64,000 bases of DNA from the NCBI RefSeq assembly GCF_001194135.2, contig NC_068985.1, positions 16,169,464 through 16,233,463 of the forward strand, in the 5' to 3' direction. Position 1 is the first letter of the stretch, and each line of letters starts with the position of its first letter. This document shows positions 11,290-22,425 of this stretch, one piece after another. The stretch comes from Octopus bimaculoides. Its lineage: Eukaryota. A program made the position numbers and the translations under genes. Below the pieces are notes generated by a model. The model had not been told where the DNA came from, did not search any database, and was given only the letters and a program-made list of their open reading frames with translations.

Positions 11290-12240
11290 AAAACAAAAAA
11301 TGGGGCAAGAATGTAACAGGCGACAACAAAACATCCGGATAGTTAGACGATACAAAAAAGGACAGGAAAAAACAAGGAGGGGGTCATTCAGAGCTTCCTA
11401 TCTTCAGTTGTGTACCAGATTATCTTAGCAGTTTCAGCCAGTTACTACCAAAACTGCTCCAATTTGGCCAGCCCCAAGAAAATCTAAGCTAAGAGCTCTA
11501 GATTCCTTCGAAGAAAGCAGCAAATGTAGACGAAAACAAGGACGAAAAAATGTAGAAATTGTATACAATTACAAATACAACCATGTGTCTTTCGACTAAG
11601 GACAAATTAAATTAAGCTGGCGTGTGTGGAAGTGAAGCCTTACGGCAGGGACATAGAGATGATAGTCCCCTTCTAATCCCTCTGCCCATACCTCTCTCCT
11701 CTCCTTCCACGTGACCGGTGTTCCGCCAAGCCTGACCTTTCTTTCTTGATTCGAGTACCATCCGTATAGTATCTCTTATATTTCTTCCCATGACTTTCAT
11801 CTCTACGTCTCTGCCTCCAGGCTTCACTTCCACATACACCAGCTTAATTTAATTTGTCCTTAGTCAAAAGACACCTGTTGTTAAAGTCCTGTTGTTTGTA
11901 TTTGTAATTGTGTACAATTTCTCCGTTTTTTTCGTCCTTGTTTTCATATACATTTGCTTGCTTTCTTCTAGGGTATCTAGTGCTCTTAGCTTAGATTTTC
12001 TTGCTACTGGCCAGATTGGAGCAGTCTTGAGTGTAACCGACCAAAACTGCTTAGATAGTTCTATATTTAAGAGATGAGGAATTATGTACATTATTTACAC
12101 TTACATTTGACAGATATTTGTCCTCATCTTGTTTATTGTTAATACAACGTTTCAGCTGATATACCCTCCAGCCTTCATCAGGTGTCTTGGGGAAATTTCG
12201 AACCTGGGTTCTCATTCCTAAGGTATCTTTCGATGTTATT
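11290..12240. mobile_element. Penelope-like pseudo-LTR array with inverted arms and a hammerhead motif
   Basis: Segment ~11450-11640 is an imperfect reverse complement of ~11820-12030. Minus-strand CTGATGA...GAAACGTT at 12141-12186. Related sequence recurs at 42300-42720. Confidence 0.6.
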
Positions 12241-13368
12241 ATTATCATTATTATTATTATTATTTTATGTTTGACTTTTGCTTTGCATTTGTACAAGTTG
12301 GATCCAAGTCTCACCCAGAGACCTCAAGAGATCTCAAGAGACAACAAGTTAGAAGTTCATGTAGGTGTTATGCCTAGGGTACCATATATTTGGATTTGTA
12401 CATAGTGTTGTTCTAGAGAATGTTTAAAAAACCATAAGAGATAACTCGAATGAGGAGTCTAAAAACAGAAACAATTCCTATCATAGTAGGNNNNNNNNNN
12501 NNNNNNNNNNNNNNNNNNNNNNNNNNNNNNNNNNNNNNNNNNNNNNNNNNNNNNNNNNNNNNNNNNNNNNNNNNNNNNNNNNNNNNNNNNNNNNNNNNNN
12601 NNNNNNNNNNNNNNNNNNNNNNNNNNNNNNNNNNNNNNNNNNNNNNNNNNNNNNNNNNNNNNNNNNNNNNNNNNNNNNNNNNNNNNNNNNNNNNNNNNNN
12701 NNNNNNNNNNNNNNNNNNNNNNNNNNNNNNNNNNNNNNNNNNNNNNNNNNNNNNNNNNNNNNNNNNNNNNNNNNNNNNNNNNNNNNNNNNNNNNNNNNNN
12801 NNNNNNNNNNNNNNNNNNNNNNNNNNNNNNNNNNNNNNNNNNNNNNNNNNNNNNNNNNNNNNNNNNNNNNNNNNNNNNNNNNNNNNNNNNNNNNNNNNNN
12901 NNNNNNNNNNNNNNNNNNNNNNNNNNNNNNNNNNNNNNNNNNNNNNNNNNNNNNNNNNNNNNNNNNNNNNNNNNNNNNNNNNNNNNNNNNNNNNNNNNNN
13001 NNNNNNNNNNNNNNNNNNNNNNNNNNNNNNNNNNNNNNNNNNNNNNNNNNNNNNNNNNNNNNNNNNNNNNNNNNNNNNNNNNNNNNNNNNNNNNNNNNNN
13101 NNNNNNNNNNNNNNNNNNNNNNNNNNNNNNNNNNNNNNNNNNNNNNNNNNNNNNNNNNNNNNNNNNNNNNNNNNNNNNNNNNNNNNNNNNNNNNNNNNNN
13201 NNNNNNNNNNNNNNNNNNNNNNNNNNNNNNNNNNNNNNNNNNNNNNNNNNNNNNNNNNNNNNNNNNNNNNNNNNNNNNNNNNNNNNNNNNNNNNNNNNNN
13301 NNNNNNNNNNNNNNNNNNNNNNNNNNNNNNNNNNNNNNNNNNNNTATATATATATATATATATATATA

Positions 13369-13861
13369 TATTCTATAATGAACCCTGAACTAGCCTCATA
13401 CTGTTCAGAGATAATGATTTACCAATTTTGTAAAACATTGCATCAATAAGTTTAGAAACGATCTGATAGACATGTATGGAACACTGAATATTACTAAGAA
13501 TATTTCACTTTTTAGACATCCCACTAAATCTGACCACAAGTAAACTACAGCCTCTAAAATGCCAAATGAAGAAACAATATACATACACAAACATTCTAAC
13601 CACTGTCCAGTCACAATTAATAACCTATTTAGATCAGGAAGTAGAACTGACAGCTCATCATCTGCTGGATATTTTCGACTGTGTCACCTTCCATTATCAT
13701 AACAGTTACAAAAAGTAATTTTAGTGAGTAAGCAATATAAAAGGAACATTACCCACATAATAGCTGGACCAGGAAGAAAAATATGTTTAAGTTCAACAAC
13801 ATAGCAAGTTCAATCCATCCTCTATAGACGTTGAGGCTAGTTCAGGGTTCATTATAGAATA
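13369..13861 (+). mobile_element. Penelope-like element RT fragment bounded by a 30-bp perfect inverted repeat
   Basis: Broken frames read ILFRDND (cf. LYRDDG), FLDIPLNLTTSKLQP, KMPNEETIYIHKHSNH and RKNMFKFN. Arms 13369-13398 and 13832-13861. Confidence 0.8.
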
Positions 13862-14694
13862 AGAGTGACTTCCTCCTCCTCCTCCTCATCATCATCATCA
13901 TCATCATCATTTAATGTCCGCCTTCCATGCTAGCACGGGTTGGACGATCTGACTGAGGACTGGCAAGCCAGATGGCTGCACCAGGCTCCAATCTGATCTG
14001 GCAGAGTTTCTACAGCTGGATGCCCTTCCTAATGCCAACCACTTCGAGAGTGTAGTGGGTGCTTTTACGTGCCACCGGCACGAGGGCCAGTCACACGGTA
14101 CTGGCAACAGCCACACTCAAAAAGGTGTTTTTTATGTGCCACCTGCATGGGAGCCAGTCCAGCGGCACCGGCAACGACCTCACTCGAATGATTTTCTAAC
14201 GTGCCACCAGCACAAGTGCTAGAAGGCAACGCTGGTAACGATTACGCTCAAATGGTGCTATTTATGGGCCACTAACACGAAAGCCAGACAGCTGCTCTGG
14301 CAATGAACATGCTCGGACAGTGCTGTTAGTGCTCCACTGGCGCAGGTGCCAGTCATCGAGTATGGTTCAATTACAATTTCGATTTCNNNNNNNNNNCGAG
14401 TATGGTTCAATTACAATTTCGATTTCACTTGCCCCAACAGGTCTTCGCAAGCAGAGTTTAGTGTCCAATGAAGGAGAGGTTGGCATGGGTGCCAGTCATC
14501 AGATTTATTTCGATTTCAGATTTCAATCTTGGTGATAATGACACTAACTGTAGTATATGTTTTCTCAAATTCCAGGGCCTTTTGAGAGGAAAGAGTTAGA
14601 TATAGAAACATATTGTATCAAACTGGACAAATCTTCAAAGTGTTTATTTATACTGTTGAACTACATGATAATCTTGATTTTTAATATCTTTCAG

Positions 14695-15006
14695 AAAATT
14701 TCAATGAAAACTCCAGTTAATAGCAGCAAATCGATTTCCATCATAAACGACAACCAAAAACATTACAATACCAATTTGGCTTTTGTTGGTGATAATTCTG
14801 AAGATTATTTTTCTGATTTCCAAGCAGACATCGATGATTTTTATATAGTACTCGAGAAAGACTCAACATTGTTCCCTTCGACTAAAGAACTAAAACTAGA
14901 ATTAATGCATGACATTATGTTGGATGATATATCTTTGAAAGGTGCCGATGCCAATGAACACTTTGATGAGGTCTCACCTAAAAATCAAAACAATGTAATT
15001 GTTTGA
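14695..15006 (+). CDS. Uncharacterised membrane protein, probable last coding exon (KISMKTPVNSS...EVSPKNQNNVIV*)
   Basis: Phase-0 acceptor TTTTTAATATCTTTCAG|AAA. 103 non-repetitive, acidic codons open in AT-rich DNA (ORF 14557..15006). Confidence 0.62.
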   Translation, partial: KISMKTPVNSSKSISIINDNQKHYNTNLAFVGDNSEDYFSDFQADIDDFYIVLEKDSTLFPSTKELKLELMHDIMLDDISLKGADANEHFDEVSPKNQNNVIV

Positions 15007-15945
15007 TATTGATAAGCCATGTCAAATCACACACCTTATTGGAGAAAATCCAAAGTTTCAGATGCAAGCTTACAGATACATATTCACATTCCTTTGTACA
15101 TACACAAACACACACACACACACGCACGTGTGTGTGTGTGTGTGTGTGCATATGAATGTAATTGATATATATGGCTGTAAATAGATATGAATGTGTCCTT
15201 TCAGGTGATTGTATGTTATCATCAGCTTTGAAAAACAAATAACTTTACTACATAAACTGAATACTTTTTCTCCATTTCAATCATGAAAATATGTGTAAAT
15301 ATATATATCATATATAGATGCATATGTGTGTGTGTGTGTGTGTGTGAGGTGGATTCTCCCATAAGCTTCAACATATGAAGATCTAACTGATAATATCATA
15401 CCTGTTAGACAATCCACATAGTTGAGCTGTTTTCAGTAGTGAAGGCCAGGACCAGTTACACTTTTTGGAAATTCTAATAACAGAAAATGGGTGCAACAAC
15501 TTAATGAACACCATACCTGAGGCTTCTCTTTTAGAGTTCTCAGATTTTGGTTTAATTACCTTTGCAATAGCATAGATTCCAGCCCATCCTTGAAGGCTAA
15601 ATACACATCTTGGGACCAAATCAGAAATTTCTAAGTCCTTGGGCATATACATATATATATATATATATATATATGTATAACTGGATGGGCATTGAAACAC
15701 CAGTTTGATAAAGTAATGTATGTATGCATGCATAAATGTCTGTACATACACACAATATATATATAAATACATAATTGAAAAAATTGGAGTCAACAAGGAG
15801 TACGGCTGGACATTTGTTTTTTAATCGCTACAATTGTTTCCACACAAAGTATGAATGCATAAAAACATATATGTATGTATGTATGCATGTATAAATATAT
15901 ATATATACTTTATTTAAAAGCAGCAGAAATATAACAAAAAGCTGT

Positions 15946-15977
<32 letters not shown>

Positions 15978-15984
15978 CTTTACA

Positions 15985-16196
15985 AGTAAAAGGGTAAAGG
16001 AATATTAGTTTATTAATGAATTAATAATTAATAATTTTTACCAAGCACATCAGTATGTAAACACCATTATCGGTGAAGAACTTATTTAAAAGTTCTTATA
16101 AATTTATAAACATAATTAAGGGATCAGCAACAGTTGCTTCACCACATACCGAAGTTCAGAAATAGCAGCTAAAGTGCTAAAACTCCAACAGATAGC
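15985..16196 (-). mobile_element. Second, circularly permuted copy of the 21248-21890 family (runs into a gap)
   Basis: Reads the monomer end (...AATAATTTTTACCAAGC...AAGGGATCAGCAACAG) straight into the monomer start (TTGCTTCACCACATACCGAAG...). Confidence 0.7.
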
Positions 16197-17164
16197 NNNN
16201 NNNNNNNNNNNNNNNNNNNNNNNNNNNNNNNNNNNNNNNNNNNNNNNNNNNNNNNNNNNNNNNNNNNNNNNNNNNNNNNNNNNNNNNNNNNNNNNNNNNN
16301 NNNNNNNNNNNNNNNNNNNNNNNNNNNNNNNNNNNNNNNNNNNNNNNNNNNNNNNNNNNNNNNNNNNNNNNNNNNNNNNNNNNNNNNNNNNNNNNNNNNN
16401 NNNNNNNNNNNNNNNNNNNNNNNNNNNNNNNNNNNNNNNNNNNNNNNNNNNNNNNNNNNNNNNNNNNNNNNNNNNNNNNNNNNNNNNNNNNNNNNNNNNN
16501 NNNNNNNNNNNNNNNNNNNNNNNNNNNNNNNNNNNNNNNNNNNNNNNNNNNNNNNNNNNNNNNNNNNNNNNNNNNNNNNNNNNNNNNNNNNNNNNNNNNN
16601 NNNNNNNNNNNNNNNNNNNNNNNNNNNNNNNNNNNNNNNNNNNNNNNNNNNNNNNNNNNNNNNNNNNNNNNNNNNNNNNNNNNNNNNNNNNNNNNNNNNN
16701 NNNNNNNNNNNNNNNNNNNNNNNNNNNNNNNNNNNNNNNNNNNNNNNNNNNNNNNNNNNNNNNNNNNNNNNNNNNNNNNNNNNNNNNNNNNNNNNNNNNN
16801 NNNNNNNNNNNNNNNNNNNNNNNNNNNNNNNNNNNNNNNNNNNNNNNNNNNNNNNNNNNNNNNNNNNNNNNNNNNNNNNNNNNNNNNNNNNNNNNNNNNN
16901 NNNNNNNNNNNNNNNNNNNNNNNNNNNNNNNNNNNNNNNNNNNNNNAAATATTTTGATGTGACTATTTTTCTACTGAACCAAATCTCAAACTATTTATGC
17001 CAAAGTGTAGCTGAGGAGGTGTCCTCTTTAAAACAATAGTTTGCAATTTAGTTGAAAACTGAATTAGTGGTGAAGCTTGGAAGCTGCTGCGATTGACGAA
17101 ATGGTGGACTTAAGAATATATTCGACCACTTCCATGGTTGAATGATATATATATATATATGTAT

Positions 17165-18880
17165 ACTAGCTTAAAAGCTGTCCTATCGAGCGGCTTTTAA
17201 GCTAATATATAGCTTTTAAGCAACTGACCCTGAATGTGAAGATCTGCAAACAGATCTCTGACTTGTTCTGAAGAATTTGTTACAATTGCTTCCTCCAGAG
17301 TCATATCACAATAATGATCATAATATTCATCACAAAAAATCATGTCAAATAAATCGACGGAAACAATTGCAGTAATAAAAACCAACGAATCCAAAATTTC
17401 AGGATTGCAGGTCGGGATTTGGCCCAGAATGTTTTTAATTTAGTCACAGAGTTAGCCTTTAGATTTTCGTTGACTGGCACCTGTACCAGTGGAGCACTAA
17501 CAGCACTGTCCGAGCGTGATCATTGCCAAAGCAGCTGTCTGATTTCCATGCCAGTGGCACGTAAATAGCACCATTTGAGCGTGATTGTTGGCAGCGTCGC
17601 CTTAGTGGCACTTGTGCCAGTGACATGTGAAAAAATATTCGAGCGAGGTCGTGCCAGTGCCGCTGGACTGGCTCCTGTGCAGGTGACACGTAAAATACAC
17701 CATTTTGAGCATGGCCGTTGCCAGTACCGCCTGAATAGCCCTTGTGCCAGTGGTACATAAAAGCACCCACTACACTCTCGGAGTGGTTGGCGTTAGGAAG
17801 GGCATCCAGCTGTAGAAACTCTACCAGATCAAATTGGAGCCTGGTGCAGCCATCTGGTTCGCCAGTCCTCAGTCAAATTGTCCAACACATGCTAGCATGG
17901 AAAGCGGACGTTAAACAATGATGATGATTATTATTATTATTACAAAAATTGTTATCGTACAAAAAAATTTGTCACAAAAAGTCACGTAAAAAAACTTGCT
18001 GAAAACAATCTCAGTAAGGAAAACTTAGAAATCCAAACTTTCAGGATTGTGGGTCCTGTTCGGCCCGGAATGTTCTTAATTTACTCACGGAGTGAGTATG
18101 TTATGTTAGGTTATGGCCTCTAGGAGTTAAGTTGAAAAAGTGTGACACACTGACATTCACATTTATTATATTATTATATAATATTCTATTAAGGCGGCAA
18201 GCTGGCAGAATCATTAGCACATTGGGCAAAATGCTTAGAGGTATTTCGTCAGGCATTAGGTTTTGAGTTCAAATTCTGCCGAGGTCGATTTTGCCTTTCA
18301 TTCTTTTGAGGTCGATAAAGTTTGTGCCAGTTACGTACTGAGGTTGATGTAATCGACTTAATCCCTTCCCCCAAAATTTGAGGCCTTGTGCTTCCAGTAG
18401 AACGGATTTATTAAAGTTGAAAAAGTGTGACACACTGACATTCACATTTATTATATTAGATATGTTTAATTTTGAGGAAACTTTATTTCAATTAAAGTAT
18501 ATTTTATATATATGTGTGTATATATATAATAAAGAAAGCAAGAAATAAAACAAATATGATAGTGTTCAGTATGTTGGCAACTGGAATTTCTGTTAAACAA
18601 AGTTGGGCATCATCTCCCTCTTTCTCTCTCTTTTATTATTACTCCTACTGCCAGCATCAACACTACTACTTTTAATAAAACACCATCAGCTCTCCTTAAA
18701 TTTCTTTGTCTCACTTTCTCTTTCTCTGTCTGTCTTCACCCCCGCCCTCATCGTCTCTATGCCTACTATAACTCTCACCCCATCATGAAGAATAGTAGGA
18801 GTGTCATTGAATAGTGAGAGAGAGGGTCTACGTGTGACACACTGACACACAGAAATTAGTTTTCGCATTTATTATATTAT
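17165..18880 (+). mobile_element. Helitron-like composite element hosting two SINEs
   Basis: Starts ACTAGC with hairpin GCTTAAAAGC...GCTTTTAAGC. The end-like motif TGTGACACACTGACA...CATTTA occurs three times (18141, 18426, 18833). Confidence 0.4.
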
Positions 18881-18882
18881 AT

Positions 18883-18933
<51 letters not shown>

Positions 18934-19592
18934 CAATGCACTCATAGTTGAAAGCTTTTGTATCACCCGATAGCTTCATCAGAGCTTCAAACATGAAGTG
19001 CAATTTTGTATGGGAAAGCATTTGCATTTATAAATACACACAGTAAAGTATTACTAACAAAAAAAGCATAAATGTAAGCAGGAAATGAATTCAGGAGTTT
19101 GAGCATGAGAAGCCCATGACAGAAGCATTTAACTGTGTGTGCATAGCAGAAATAGCTAATGAAGTGTATGCCATAATTTCTTACACATACACACATAGTG
19201 CTGGTGGCACGTGAAAAACAACAATCGAATGAGGTCATTGCCAGTGCCGCTGGACTGGCTCCTGTGCAGGTGGCATATAAAAACACCATTTGAGGGTGGC
19301 CGTTGCCAGTACCACCTGACTGGCCATCATGCTGGTGGCACGTAAAAGCACCCACTACACTCTCGGAGTGGTTGGCGTTAGGAAGGGCATCCAGCTGTAG
19401 AAACTCTGCCAGATCAGATTGGAGCCTGGTGCAGCCACTGCCTCACCAGTCCTCAGTCAAACCATCCAACCCATGCCAGCATGGAAAGCAGACGTTAAAT
19501 GATGATGATAATGATGTATGTGTGTGTGTATANNNNNNNNNNNNNNNNNNNNNNNNNNNNNNNNNNNNNNNNNNNNTAAATCCTTTTTACAG

Positions 19593-20165
19593 TCAAGTTT
19601 TGTTTATGGTCCATTCAAGTAGTGAGTTCTTATTGAGTGAGTTGTATCCAGTTATGGGTGGCTTGTCTGGTATTCCTTGAAGAAAGCTGTCTAGACTCCG
19701 TTTAAAGCTGATAGGATCCTTTTCCTCTTTAATCAGTTTTGGGACAATGTTAAACAGGGCAGGGCCTGTTGAGGAAAAGAAATTATGTCGCAGTGTACCT
19801 ATATGCTGTGATCCTGAATTGGGCAGGGGACGTATGGCCCATGGTCCCAGCCTTGGATGAACCTTGAAACTAATGCTCAGGTCATTTGGGCAATGCTGGC
19901 GGTATATTTTCCACATCGTACAAATGATGTACAGCTCGCGGCGGTGCTGGAGAGAGTAGAGCTTCATGGATTTAAGGCAGTCCCAGTAATCAAGATCAGT
20001 CATGCCTTCAATTCGTTTGGTGAGTGCCCTCTGGGGTAATTCAATCCTCAAGATGTTTTGTTTTGTATGGGGAAACCACAAGGGGCAACAGTATTCGAAG
20101 TGTGGCCGTACAAAGGAGGAGAAAAGTGGAATTATGACACCTTGTTCTGAGCATATTATACTCAC
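19593..20165 (-). mobile_element. CR1-clade LINE 3' fragment (RT C-terminal region)
   Basis: FVRPHFEYCCPLWFP...ELPQRALTKRIEG..LDYWDCLKSMKLYSLQHRRELYII matches the CR1/L2-group motif LVRPHLEY...QRRFTK...SY.ERL..L.LYSLERRR. Confidence 0.88.
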
Positions 20166-21247
20166 AGATTACAGGTAATAACAAAGATAAAGATGAGTTT
20201 ATGAGCAATCAAATTTAAAGTAAACATAAAATGGAGAAATATTGATCAACAACAATTGACTTCCATCAATTATTATTTTTTAATTCAATACAAATAGACT
20301 GCATTTCATCTAACAGCTGTTTCTGCTTCCAATGTTATATGGTATTACCATTGATATGCTAAAAAAATAATATTCATAATAGTTGGTAATAAAACCGATC
20401 TGAAACATGGAGTTTCATCCAAGTGAAGAAAAATACATACGTAAAAGAAGAGCCAAGAGAGGAAAAGGAAAGGCTGAATATGTTTGAATCATACTATTTT
20501 GCTCATGTGTCTCTGGGATGTTGAGTAATGACTAAACTTAAAATAGTAACTGGTGAATTAATTTTTTTCTATTGGGGTAATAGGGTGGATAATAAAAAAA
20601 GTAAAAATAAAGGGATACGCCAATAGGTTAAGTAAAAGAGGGAGTGGAGGTACCATAAAGTTTAGAAGTAATCATAATAGATTTTTAATAATTATGTTTA
20701 TAGTACAAATTAGGGTTAGGGTTAGTTTCTATCATATTAAAGTGCCCAACAATTAATTTCAATTATTTGCTTACTAATATGTGGTAGAGTCCAACCACCT
20801 ATTGCTCGTAATGGGACTGACCAAGGTCAATGTTTGATATAATTGGTCAGTTAAATTTGAAAACAAAGGGCAAGCTATTAAGAATGTTATATAGGTTGAT
20901 ATATATAAATAATGGTATGGAAAAGTAGTATTTGTTGTCAGGAGCCCAAAAAATGCTTGGGAAATTATATATATATATTAAAAAAAAAAAAACAAGTACA
21001 ATGCGAAGGAATGAACAATGCCAGCAGTATCATTAAAACATAGAGGTATCTGTTTGGACGATTAGGAATTAAGGCGGTTGGGTGGGGGGAATGGTCCAAA
21101 AGCTTTATAAAATAGGAGTGTTAAATTAGAATTTATTCTGTAGGAAAAGAATTAAGTGACCTAAATTGGGAGATAAGTCCAACTTCTGAACTAACATCCA
21201 CAGTATCTACATATATATATATTTATCTATCTATCTATATATATATA

Positions 21248-21890
21248 TAAACAAAATTAAGGGATCAGCAACAGGTTGCTTCACCACATACCGAAGTTCA
21301 GAAATAGCAGCTAAAAATGCTGAAATTCCAACAGATAGCAGATACCCGCAACTCACATAGGCAAAACAAGAAGAAAAATAACGAACTAACTAGCCATAGT
21401 TAATCATAGACATGTTTCTGGTTTAGGAGTATAAAAACTCTTCATTACCTCATCGGTATGATATTCCTGTTGTAAATTCGACGATACTGGCAAATGTGCA
21501 TGCACGATCTAGCGCCATCATTGCAGTCGACACATTTTGAAAGTATCTCCAAATCCACATAGGCGAGCCAGCCCATCATCTTCCCCCACGGATTACCATG
21601 TGCGTCGCAGGCAGTACCACAGAAAATCTGTGGTTTACTATCCGGGAGTGAATAATTAATTATTACAATTAAAAGGGTAAAGGATTATCAATTTATTAAT
21701 AAATTAATAATTAATAATTTTTACCAAGCCCTTCGGTATGTAAGCACCATTATCGGTGTGGAACTTATTTAAAAGTTCTTATACATTTATAAACAAAATT
21801 AAGGGATCAGCAACAGGGCTTGGTAAAAATTATTAATTATTAATTTATTAATAAATTGATAATCCTTTACCCTTTTAATTGTAATAATTA
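21248..21890 (-). mobile_element. Penelope pLTR / retrozyme-like 542-bp monomer with terminal direct repeat and 76-bp inverted tail
   Basis: TAAACAAAATTAAGGGATCAGCAACAGG at 21248 and 21790. Hammerhead-like motif at 21403-21462. A permuted copy of the family sits at ~15985-16196. Confidence 0.65.
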
Positions 21891-21902
21891 TCTATATATA
21901 TA

Positions 21903-21956
<54 letters not shown>

Positions 21957-22367
21957 CACACACACACACAAACAGGCTCTTTTCAGTTTCTGTCTACCAA
22001 ATTCACTCACAAGGTATTGGTTGGCTCCCTGTGTAGCACCTTGAGAAAGGTGCCACACAGGGAGACTGAACCCGAAACTTTGTAGTTGCAGAGTTAGCTT
22101 CATGACGAACAACACAGCCATGCCTACACTTATAACTTTGCCCTCCAATTACTTGGCTCATCCTGTCACAATGATTGTTCTGAAGTAAAACAAAATAATT
22201 GATATCACTGGTTTCATAATAATTGATAATGTAATACTATTCTAGTATCAACAATGTTATGAATCTGAATTACAGTAATTAATGAAATAAAACAAATTCA
22301 GGACAAATCTATTTATTCACCAGAGTCTGAAGAAGTACAAGTACAACAAATTATATACAAATAACAA

Positions 22368-22425
<58 letters not shown>

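Noticed and set aside
14060-14360. Regularly spaced ~65-bp GTGCCA-containing repeats that look CRISPR-like (also 32870-33060 and 33790-33930)
   Set aside because: They are degenerate internal units of SINE family C in a eukaryotic genome, with no unique spacers or cas genes.
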